A DNA stretch of 64,000 nt, taken from Cycas panzhihuaensis. Lineage: Eukaryota; Plantae; Cycadophyta. Position numbers and translations under genes: made by a program. This document shows, one piece after another, positions 52,538-64,000 of this stretch (position 1 is the stretch's first letter; the number at the start of each line of letters is the position of its first letter). The notes below the pieces were generated by a model that was not told where the DNA came from, made no database searches, and worked only from the letters and a program-made list of their open reading frames with translations. The stretch is from NCBI GenBank assembly GCA_023213395.1, contig CM041465.1, positions 26,481,741 to 26,545,740 of the forward strand, written 5' to 3'.

Positions 52538-53561
52538 TAGGGTACATTGAAAAGGGCAAAGAACATCTTATCTTCCAACTCAAGAAAGTCTTCTATGGTC
52601 TCAAGCAAGACCCTAGAGCTTGGTATGAGAAGATTGATCAATATTTCCAATTAAATAGATTTGAAAATTTACTAGGAGACTCAAATCTCTTTATAAAAGT
52701 TCACAATGACAGTATGTGACTTTTGTGGTTTTGTATGTAGATAACTTATTGATCATCTAGAACAATATCATAATGATATCTAACCTAAAAAAAGATCTAA
52801 TAAATTATTTTAAAATGACAAGTCTTGCTTTGCTACATTACTTCTTAAGTGTGGAAGTCTGGCAAAGTCTTGACTAAATTTTCATCTCACAGGCAAAATA
52901 AACATGAAAAATTATGAAGAAATTTAGAATGTAAGATTGTAAGTTTGCTAGCACACCCATGGAAATAAAAGTGAAGCTTACAACTTAAGAAGATAACTAA
53001 CCAGATGATGGCACACTATATATATAGTTAGTTGGCATCCTAATCTATATGATTATAACTAGGTCAAGCATCTCATTCATTATTAACTCAGCATAGTAAT
53101 AAAGCAATGTTGTTGACTAGCCATAAAGCAAATATTAGGATACTTGTAACGAATATTATAATATGGATTAGAGTTCATTCATAATGACAACATCAAGTTC
53201 GTTGGATTCACTAATGTAGATTGGGTTGGATATGCTAATTATAAAAGATCAACATCTAGCTACTATTTCAATCTTGGTTTAACATTTATTATGTAAATCA
53301 ATAAAAAGTAATCCAGTGTCACTCTCTCTTCAACTAAAGTAGAATACAAAGTTGTAGTTGTAAGAGTAATTGAAGTAATCTAGCACAAATAAATTCTTAG
53401 TAATTTAGGTTTTCATGTATAAGAAGCAACAACTCTATACTATGACAATCAACACACTTTGAAGTTGGCCAAAAACCTTGTGTTTAATATGCATAAGCAT
53501 ATTAAAGTTCATCATTATTTCATCTAAGACTAGATTTAGAAAGGTAAATTTGAGCTTTAAG
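52538..53561 (+). pseudogene. Copia A, part 3: remainder of RT and RNase H
   Basis: GYIEKGKEHLIFQLKKVFYGLKQDPRAWYEKID continues YMDKPP from 19801. Then LYVDNL, LSSTKVEY and KHIKVHHYFI, cut at 53562. Confidence 0.9.
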
Positions 53562-56500
53562 TGTTATAAGATTTTACTAGCTGGATGGATTGAAGGAAGA
53601 TGGTTGTAACTAGATAGTAAAAAGTAGTCATATTTTGAGTAGGAAAGTAATCAAAAGTCGACATTCTTAGGTTGGGTTTAGTTGCAACCAACCATAGAAT
53701 TATAATTACCTTCAAGCGATTAATGGTTGAAAATGAAAAATAAATTAGAAAGGATCTTTGGGATGGGTATGTATGCATACGTGTATGTAATTTTAAAGGA
53801 ATATAGAATGCCATGCACCTGTAATAGTTATAATCAAGTTTGTTATGTACTACATCCATACAAAGTATGTGTATTGTTCCAAGTGTACATCTAGTTATGA
53901 GAGAACTAGATGTAACCTGTCGTTAATGGAATGATTATGGTTTATACTTAATTGACAGATTGGTATATATTCCTTTAAGTTTGTCATACAATACAGCCAA
54001 TTAAGATCATTATTATTTCTCTTGTGCCTAGTTATTGGTGTATGCATAAAAGAATAAAATAAGTAGAAGCATATATTAGTTCCATTGTCGTTTGAACTAG
54101 GGTTGGGTAGGATGGTTAAAGCCAAGTAAAGTATTGGGTCCTCTCCTATGCCACCTAGGGAAAAAGTTGAATCATGTTATGATCATGGTGAATGTTGGGA
54201 GAAAGATGGACTTTAAATGGGAATACAAAGGTCTAGATTTATAATTATACCAAGAAAGAAGGTGAACAGATGACCATCTACACACTCAACAAAGAGGAGA
54301 AAGTCAAGAAATAATGGCAATATAAAATAACAAAAGCAAGGTATAATCAAAGCACAATAAAGATATAAAAATAACTAGAGATATGTAGTAAAAGAGGAAC
54401 CCATAAAGGAGGAACTAACACAAGTAGAGTTTATTAAAAATAGAAGCTAGCAATAATAATTAAAAGAAGATTCTATTAAAGAAGGGATTTTGCGAAAGGA
54501 AGAAACATCAAACAAAGCCCTTCCTCAATCCAAGGATTGGTAATAACACTTGACCAGAATATATGATTCACAAGAAATTCTAGAGTACGAGGAGAACTCT
54601 ACTAAATTAGCAGTGTACAGTGTAGCAATACAAGCCTAGAATCATCATTTGCTAGAAATTCAAACTCTAAGTCATATAATAAATCCTCTCTTTAAGTTAC
54701 CAATGGAAAGTCTAGGTAGCAGTTTGGAAGGAGGGACAGATAGTAATACGCCTCTAGTAGGGAGTGGAGTATCAAGTGAAACAAATCAAAGAGGTACAAC
54801 CCCTTATGTCATTATGCAAAGTGACTCTATATTTTCAACCCTGCAATTTGACAGATCTACAAATCCAGGTGATCATCTGGCTTTATTTAAAAACATAATT
54901 CAAATTAAAAGAATTATGGATCAAAGTGAAATAAAAACCCACTTCTTTTCAACATTGATGGGACTCATAACCGTATGGTTTTAATATGTAATAGCACAAC
55001 AATTAAATTGGGATCAATTACAAGAATAATGTCTGAATAGATTCTAAAAGCTTAGGGATCCAATAGCCATCTTATAGGCTTTGGAGAAGATTCGACAATA
55101 TCTTAGAGAATTTATTAATAATTTTAATGGAAGAATTAGAGTTATCATGAATAAAAGATAATCTACTATGGTAATAGATCCCATACTTGCCATGAAATAT
55201 TGTATAAGGGTTGATACCACAACTCAGGGATAAAGTAATGTTGCATCCGATGAATAGTTATAAGCAGGTGAGGGAGCTAGCTTTAAAATTTAAAAATCAA
55301 ATGAAGTCATCTTACTCCCAAATGGCAATGTAATCCTTAGTATATTCTCCAATTATGGGCATTAGGACATAACTCTTGTAAACACCACAAATGGGTATAA
55401 ATCCAGAAACTAAAGCTTTGAAGAAGGAGGTAGAAGCAACAAAGCAACAACCATCTGTTGAGAAGACAAGGTCCCAACCCTTAAACTGCCACCAAGATCT
55501 AAACTATTCTTGCAACTAGCTACAGAAATTGAAACTAAAAGAGTACATGCAAGTTCTTAAACCAGAGATAAAATAATAAAATAAATAAGAAAGCTAAGCA
55601 TTACAAATACACCCGATATAACATGGTAAAACCCCAACTATGTGCTAAGGAAACATCCACACAGGAAAGATATCAATCTTTATTATTGTAGAATGGAGAA
55701 AATGTGCATAATCCTATAGTTGAGTGCTTACAGCAACAACAACCAATTGCCCAACTCCTCACAGTATATTGAACACTATCAACATAATAAAAAATACTCT
55801 AAATCGAGCAATATGAGAGGATCATCCAAGGCACAAATCTCGACCATAGAATCTAGGGTATTTTTAGCGAATGACCCTAATTCTCTTTATAATTTAATAT
55901 ACTTTCAGTGCCCCCACACCCCCTTGCCAAGGGGAGCTCCCTCCCCTCTTGGAACCCCCCGAGGAAGGTTTGGGGGGGAAATCGCACTGCCAATCTATCA
56001 AAATTTTAACCTCCTAACCATTGTTGTCACATTACCCAACACCATCAATTTCTATTCCATCAAGCATGCAATAAAATCAAGAGTTTAAAAAGTGACATGT
56101 AGAATTATCATGCCTATGATTAAAAAAATTAAGAGAAAATATTTGGTGTCCTTCACCTTGGAATCAACAAGGACATCTAAAGAATGAACATGGTGAATCC
56201 TCAAAATGGTGCGATAATTATCGAAGAAATAATCATAATACTTCGAAATGTTTTCTCAGACCAAAAAGCAATGAAGAAAAAGTCCACAATGTATATTTGT
56301 AAAGAACATAACGTAGAATGATAAAATAATATAAAAGAAAAATAAGGTCAATTTGTTGTTTTATATGTCAAATATGGTGACACTATAGATCCGAATGCCC
56401 ACTAGAGAAAAAAGGAAGGGAATTCATTTGTGAAGAGTATGGACCAGTAAATCATGAACAGGTAAATTATCAAAAGAATATTAAGATACAAAATGCAAAT

Positions 56501-59500
56501 CTAGTAGGCATGGTCTTAGATAAAGAAATGTCTATATATCTACAAATATATAGTAGTAAGATAATGGGACCCCCTCTTCAAAGATAATTTTATAGACCTA
56601 ATAGTCAAAAAGTAACGACTACAAGAAGTAGTAAAAATTCTCCAAGAAGCCATAGGAAAATCCCAGTAGAAAGAACTCTAAAATAAACATAGATTTAAAG
56701 GCTTGTATTACAGAAGAAGAGTAGTTCAAATAAAGGCAGCACAAGAAGGTATGAATCCTTGGCAATGATTATAAATAGTGAAAGATATGCTTACCAAACT
56801 AAGAGTTTTAATCCCTATAATAGTTATTTTTAAATAGTGGGAAGTGGGATACTTCCAATAATTAGCATTGGATCAAATTAAAAAACTAATACTAAGGGCC
56901 ATTAAGGATACTAGAGTAGACCTAAGAGTCCCAATGATAGTCTTTGAAACAACCTTGTATAAGATAATTGTTGATCAGACCTTAAGGATAAAAGTGTTAC
57001 GAGAATCCTCTTAGATAGGAAGGCTCAATGTGGTTACCCCTAACTATTTAATTAGGTTGGATAATCAATCACAGGTAAAGTCATGGGTATGTTATTGAGT
57101 ATCCTAATAACTATTATAGATGTTACTATATTGTTAGATTTTATAATGGTTCAAATACAAGACCAAAGGAAGACTTACCCAACCTTATTAGGAAGACCTT
57201 AACTCTTGGCTACAGAAGCCATTCAGGATTAGGAAAAGCATACATTTACATTACTAGTAGGAAAGAATATAGTCGCTTTCCCTTTATGCTCATATGGAAT
57301 ATAAACAGAAAAATTTGAAGATAAAGGAAAAGCATTATCCATAATAACAACAGTATAATCAATAGTTAGCCCTTGTTCAAAAGTAGCATTTCAAATGAAA
57401 CTAGCTTTTCCAAGAAGTCCTTTATCATCTTACATGTTGAAGTGGCTTCATAATGCTTGGGAAGAAGTAGAATTGACCCCATGCTATCATCTAGAGTTGT
57501 ACATAGATACTTTAGATGAAGATATTAGAGAAAATGAAGAGGTATAACTAGAGCTACCACAAATAGAAAGAAATATGTAAGGAAATTTAACCTATGCAAA
57601 AATATTTTTTGAACTTCTTAAATATGATGGCCATCTAGAGTAAGTAAAATAATATTTGGAACATTGTATTGATATAATAAGAAATAAATGGTAGTAAAAA
57701 TTTTGGTATCTTATATTTCCTTACTTTTTAATAGATCAAGCACGATTATGGTATGTTGTATATGCACAATTATTGGATTCCTAGGAAGAAATAAGCAGAA
57801 TTTTTTTGAATAGATTCCAAAAATATGAATTACCTTTATTTTGGAATGGAGATGATCCTTATCTAGATGTATAAAACTGCATCTGTATATGAATAAGTAG
57901 TGAAATTCTAAAAAAGGATTAGACACTGTATTGGGGATTGGCATTTAAAGGAATCTCTATAGTTTGGTATAATCATTATAAAAAGATAAAATTAGTAGAT
58001 TAGGATTTAATGATAGAAAATTTTTACTAGACTTTTGTATATCACAATGAAGATGATCAAATCAAAGAAATTTTATAAATCCTCAAAGAGAAAACTATGG
58101 AAAAAGAAAAACTTGCTTTCGTATAAATAAAGAAGAAAAAGAAAAGATTCAACCAGAATCTCAATCCCTTCCTCCTAACTATTCCATAGTGGAATATGGT
58201 GAATGCATTATAGATAATACTTTGACATATAAAGTGAGCCCATATGATAAGTCAATGGAAGGGGAAAAGCTTAAATTGTAGGAAAACAATCTTAGAATAG
58301 AGAAGCAGCCTCAAATCATTAGTTTTGGAGATTATTGGGATGTAGAGATGGTGTAGTAATCCACCTCATTATTTTTAAAATACTAGGGAATTTTTGCTTG
58401 GTCTTATAAAGAATTAAAAGGCACTTCATCTTAATTAGGTGAACATAATATAGAATTAATAGGAGCTAAACTAGTAAGACAACACCTGTACCACATGAGT
58501 CTAAAATATAAGGAGAAGTCAAAGCAAAACTCAATAAGTTACTTAAAGAAGACTATATCTTTGAAGTAAAAAATAATGAATGGGTAAGTCCTATTGTATT
58601 CATTCCAAAAAGGAATGGAAAGCTCAAAGCATGTGTTGATTACAAAGGTCTAAACAAGGAAACAAAGAAGGACCCATTTCTTATTTTATTCACTAAAGAT
58701 ATCTTGAAAAAAATTATGGGGCATGAAGTTTATTATTTCACAGATAGATTTAGTTGATACAATCAAGTATAGATCATGACAAAAGACCAACTAAAGATGA
58801 CTTTCATCATAGAATGGGGTATGTATACATTTAGGGTTATGTCATTTAGGTTGAGTAATGCTCTTTCAATATTTCAAAGGATGATATTTAATATTTTTAA
58901 GTATACTATTGAAAAAATAATTAAGGCATTTTTAGATGACTAGACATTATTCACTCTTCTAAAAAATCATCTTGGCTACTTATGTTTAATGTTAAAACCT
59001 ATAGAAAAAGTAAATTGTATTAAATTTGTGTTAAGTGTACATTCATAGTTCCTTTTGGGGCTTTGTTAAATCATGTAGTTACAAAAAATAAGTTGCTTAC
59101 TAACCTTAACAACGTAGTTATAATTTTAAATTTTCAAGTTTCTAAAACATAGAAACAAGTTAAAAGATTTTTAGAAATGATGGGATGTTATCTAAAGTTT
59201 ATAAATAATTATGCTTGGATGGATAATCCCTTAGAATCCCTATTAAAGAAGAAATCCAAGTGGTAATGGAAGCTACAATAGCAGCTCGCATTTGAATTGC
59301 TAAAGAAGAAAATTGTCCATGCACTAATACTGGGATTTCCTAACTAGAACAAACCTTTCCATATACATATAGATGCTTCCTTATTTGCCATCGAATATAT
59401 ATTGACATAACCAAAAGATAACAAAATAGACCTATTGATGTATTTTTCAAGCTAAAAGGCAATAGAAATAAAGCAAAATTATTTAGTTATGAAATGAGAA

Positions 59501-62500
59501 GGCCTCATCATGGTGTATGCCCTTCAAAAATTTAGATATTATTTATTAGCTAATCTATTAGTCATTTTTGTAGATCACCAAGCCTTGCAGTATCTAGTTA
59601 ATAAACCTATTTTGCAGGAAAGAATTAGCAAATGACTAATGTTATTTCAAGAATTTAATTTTAAATTATTGTAAAAAAAAAAAAGATAAACATATAATCC
59701 TAAACTTGTTATCAAGAGAAGCATAAGGGGAACTAGCTACAGGAATCTAAGATGATTTTCCAAATACAAAATTATTTTCTATCAAGGTAGTACCTAAATG
59801 GTATGAGAACATTACATAGCATTTGGCCATAAGATGGGCACCACAAGAAATGGAAAAAGTAGAGTAGTAAAGCTTCATTCGAAAAACTTTCCCTTTTCAG
59901 CTAATTCAAATGATGTTATATAAGTTAGGGCTAGATTATATGTTAAGGAGGTGCATAATGGAATATGAGATAGAAGATATCATTCAAGAAGCCCATGAAG
60001 GTGTCATAGTGAATCACCAAGGTGTTGAACCCATAGACAAAAAGATTTTATTAACTAGACTTTACTGGCCTACATTGTTCAAGGGTATAGAAAAGTAGTT
60101 TCACAATTGTAATGTATGTCAACGAGTGTGTAAACTAACAAAAAACCATCTCATGCCTTTACATCCCATTCTAGGCTAGGCACCAATTGAAAAATAGGGA
60201 CTGAATTTTATTGGACATGTTAGTCCATAATTAGATGGATGAATGTAAGATATATTTTTGTGGCCATAGATTTTCTGACCAAGTGGATTGAAGTGAAATT
60301 AATGAAAATATATGACGCTTAAAGTACATCTTGACTTTTCTACAAGATAATTATTAGTCAATTTCAATACCCCTTAAAAATTATTTCTGATTGAAGAAGA
60401 AATTTTTTAAATGAAATGATTAAGCATCTTACAAAGGGGTTTATGATCCAACATTCTAAATCTTCTTCATATTATCTCTAAGTAAATAGATAAGTAGAAA
60501 GTACTAATAAAATCTTAAAATTAGTATTATCCAAAATTTACAATAAATGATGAATGGATTAGGCAGAACAACTTCACTCAATATTATGGGTAGATAGAAT
60601 AATAGTAAAAAGACCTCATAAGCAAACATTGTTCCAATTAGTTTATGGACTAGAAGTTGTACTTCCTCTTAAATTCTAAATAGAAAGTCTACAGATAGCT
60701 TTATAGGTACAACTATTAAAGGAGGACTCAAGGGGTTTACTATTCATAGAATTAATGAAAATGGACAAGAAATAAGTAAGGGCTTTATGGAAACTAAAAG
60801 AAGAAAAACAAAGATGTAAAGCATAGCATGATAGATACCTTAAAGTATAATAGTTCCAAATAGGAGATCTTATACTCCTATATGATACTAAGTTTCATAT
60901 AAACTCAAAAAAAATAAAGTTGCAATGGCTGAGTTCATATAAGATAAATCATATCTAACATATTACAATAGTGTATCTCCAACAAGTTGATAGAATATTA
61001 CTGAATAAAATAGTCAATGGAAGTCAACTGAAATGGTACATAATAAGTTTTAAAAAAAAAGGAGCATAAACTATGGGAATAGATATTCCTCAATCAAATG
61101 AAATATAGGAAAATTTTATTAGCCAAATTGTAGCATTATAACAAACAGTTATAACCTTGGATGTAGAAGGTTGCAATCAAAGATGTGACTATAACAAAAG
61201 GTTATAACCAAGGACATGATTATAATAAATAGTTGTAACTCGAGATGTAGAAAGTTACAACCAAGGATGTGATTATAACAATTGGTTGCAACCTAGGATA
61301 TAGAAGGTTACAACCAAGAACATGATTATAATCAAGTGGTTATAACCTAGGACGTAGAAGGTTGTAACTAAGAAGAAGATAATTGTAACCAAGAAGACTA
61401 GAAGTTACAACCAAGAAGTAGACAATTACAACCTAGAAGATAGGAGGTTGCAACCTAGGAAGTAGATAATCACAACCAAGAAGACCAGGAGTTACAATCA
61501 AGAAGCGGATAGTTGAAACCTAGAAGATGGGAGGTTATAACCTAAGAAATGAACAATTGTAACTAAGAAGACTGAAAGTTGCAACTAAAAAGTAGACAAT
61601 TGCAACTAAGAAGATAGGAAGTTGTAACCTAGATATAAACAGTTATAACCTAGGAAGTAATCGATTACAACCAAGAAGATGGGAAGTTACAACTTGGATA
61701 TAGATGGTTATAACCTGAGAAGTAGATGGTTTCAACCAAGAAAGACGAGAGTTATAACCCAAGAAGCAAATAGTTACAACCAAAGACACAAATGATTATA
61801 ACCAAGAAGATGGGAAGTTACAATATGGATGCAGATGGTTGTAACCTAGGAATTAGTCAGTTGCAACCAAGAAGACGAGAAGTTGCAACCTAGATATAGA
61901 CAGTTATAACCTAGGAAGTAAATGGTTGTAACCTAGGAATATGAGAATATCAACCTAAGAATCAAACGGTGGTAATCAGAGATGTAAATGGTTATAACCA
62001 AGAAGATAAGAAGTTGCAACCTAGACATAGATAGTTGCAACCTAGGAAGTAGATGGTTGTAACCAAGAAGATGGGAAGTTGTAACCTGGACATAGATGAT
62101 TGTAACCTAGAAAGTTGACAATTGTGACTAAGAAAGATGAGAGTTATAACCCGAGAAGCAAACGGTTGTATCTGAGGATGCAGATGGTTACAACTAAGAA
62201 GATGAAAAGTTGTAACCTAAATATAGATGGTTGTAAATAAGAAAGGCAAGAGTAATAACTAGAGCTATAAATGGCAATAACCAAGAAGATGAGGTTGCAA
62301 CTAAGGAGAAGGTAATTGCAACTAAGAAGACTAGATGTTATAACTTGGATGTGGATGGTTATAACTAAGAAGACAAGAAGTTACAACCCTATAAATAGAT
62401 TGTTATGATGTAGGATGCAGTCAATTACAACCAAGAAATAGATGGTTACAACTAAGAAGAAAGGAGGTTATAACTTGGGAATCAGATAGTCGTAACCTAG

Positions 62501-63313
62501 GACATAGATAGTTGTGACTAAGAAGACAAGAAGATGTGACCTCAAAGAAGATGATTACAACCTTGGACATAGATGATTGCAACTAGGCAGACAAATAGTT
62601 GCAACATCATATAAGAGGTTATAATCTGAGATATAAATAGTCACAACCAAGACAACAAAAATGCTACTACCAACAGCATAGATGTTGCTACCAAAGAAAT
62701 AAAAAATCAAGAAAATAATCTAGCTAGAAAAGAAAATAGTTGCAATTAAGAAAAGTTCCACCTGGATTAAAAGGTAATATGATGAAGAAGCTTTATTTGT
62801 TAACCATTGGTTTCTTAGTGTGCTAGTGATTGCTTTGGTCAAAAATTTATGTGCCAAACAAGTTGATTGGTCCATGCATGATTCTTAAGTGTCTCTTGAT
62901 AGGTTCCTTGATGTTAAGGGGCTTATGGTATTATGTTATGGTATATTGAAAATATTTCATAATTATAAACAAAGGAAATAGTAATTCTGAAATAAAGGAA
63001 GTATTAAATTACAGGAGGGAAGTTGCAACAAAAAAATTAAATAAAGATAATCATAGCAAAGAATCAATTTATATGAAAATTATGATCTATCTTATAAAAT
63101 ATAGTAATTTAAGAAAATAGAGGGAAAGTTAAATATTTTTTGCTAAGAGAGTTAATGGAATCAAAAAGATATCAAGATGGCTACAACTACTATCAAAAGG
63201 TCACATCAGTAAGGATATATCCACAAAAGGACATGATTTAAGTATTAAGATATAATAACAAGATTAAAAAGAAAATTGTAATAGGAGGTAGTGGGAATAT
63301 TGGTGGTAGATTT
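53562..63313 (+). mobile_element. Gypsy G (non-chromovirus, Athila/Phygy-like), decayed full gag-pol; 5' LTR about 53562-54075; 3' end not in window
   Basis: PBS relic tagttccattgtcg at 54077-54090 (tRNA-Glu type) and gag from 54649. Knuckles at about 56365-56470, KIIVD at 56960, WVSPIVFIPKRNGKLKACVDY, AFLDD* at 58926, FHIHIDAS, EAHEG..YWPTLFK and VNGSQLKWY at 61014. Confidence 0.92.
61135..62700. repeat. Tandem array of about 70 units of 21-22 bp: palindromic core (decayed GGTCGCGACC) plus purine-rich linker; 196-bp higher-order repeat
   Basis: Cores gttgcaacc, gttgtaacc, gttacaacc, gttataacc, gtcgtaacc and gtcacaacc. Higher-order units start at 61599, 61795, 61991 and 62187. Confidence 0.95.
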
Positions 63314-63730
63314 TGTTGTGACAAATGGCCTATTAAAAGTTAATGTTTAATGTGTAAGTATCCAAAGTATTTAGGTGAATTCCATATCTAGGAGTCAATA
63401 TTATTTGTGCAAGTAAGTACTCACTAGGTTATTGGTCATCAAGTAGGTGATATATCATTAATTGTATTAGAGCTTATTTGTCCCATATGTAACGCAAGTC
63501 TTCCTACTCTCTCTCACTTATGATCTATAAATAAGTGGTTGATGTAGAGTGGTGTATAGTAAGTCAAAATAGAGTTCATTATAATGTTATCATTATGTTG
63601 TCCTTATGATGTATACATTTTTATATTGAATCAATGATATCATATTATGTTCATAAATTTGTTCTATTGTTCTTGAATATTGAATAATCTTGAATTATTT
63701 CTATTGAATATTTCAACATAGTATAAGAGT
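63314..63730 (+). mobile_element. 5' LTR (63314-63718) and decayed iMet PBS of a further LTR element running off the window
   Basis: TGTTG...CAACA termini, ctataaata at about 63525 and tagtataagagt (from TGGTATCAGAGC) at 63719-63730. Confidence 0.7.
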
Positions 63731-64000
63731 AGGTTGCTTGCCAAGCATAGCATTGTGCAGGTCCACCATTTTGTTATGCATGTGGAGGTGGCTCTATAGA
63801 GTCTACTGTCAGTTTATGGTTCTGCTTAAAGAGGGTGAAACCCTAAAGCCATTGGTGTTCCAAAGTGTGCCAAGCATTTATGTAATACATAATTATTACC
63901 GAGTAATACTATTCTCTTACCATGTTATGTGAAGAAAGATATAGGCTAGGTTTATCCTTGTTAAATTTTAACATGTAAGGCAATCAACTCCAATCATAAT

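Noticed and set aside
53576-53590. ctagctggatggat resembling the tRNA-Glu D-loop in the Gypsy G LTR
   Set aside because: Only 8 exact bases, and in tRNA-sense orientation; compatible with chance.
61135-62700. CRISPR-like array (palindromic repeat with variable spacers)
   Set aside because: The core is only 9-10 bp, the linkers are 12-13 bp and recur in a fixed order, there are no cas genes, and the context is a eukaryotic retrotransposon.

Overview
AT-rich eukaryotic heterochromatic DNA made almost entirely of nested retrotransposons. CpG and CHG sites are heavily deaminated, as in a large-genome land plant (gymnosperm-like is my inference). I see no intact host gene, RNA gene or CRISPR. The outer element, Copia A, is split into three pieces (10.9-11.9, 17.8-19.8 and 52.5-53.6 kb) and hosts three insertions. 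(i) A non-autonomous Gypsy (11874-17821, minus strand, TSD ATGAC). (ii) A minus-strand Copia B (19822-52537), which contains Copia C (23054-45126) and Copia F (46442-51667). Copia C in turn contains Copia D (24652-30900) and Copia E (31068-41671), and E contains a full-length L1 LINE with RNase H (33546-39686, 18-bp TSD). (iii) A decayed full-length Gypsy G (from 53562) with a 1.6-kb palindromic tandem array in its 3' region. The most striking signal is that both tRNA-Glu-primed Gypsy elements carry additional tRNA-Glu(CUC)-complementary modules inside their LTRs. One has D-arm and anticodon-arm boxes; the other has a perfect 11-bp hairpin displaying an anti-anticodon loop. This suggests a multipartite primer-tRNA recognition system. 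A decayed GGTCGCGACC palindrome also recurs in unrelated LTRs and is amplified about 70 times with 196-bp higher-order structure. All coordinates were read by eye, and the tRNA reference sequence is recalled from the plant consensus, not searched.
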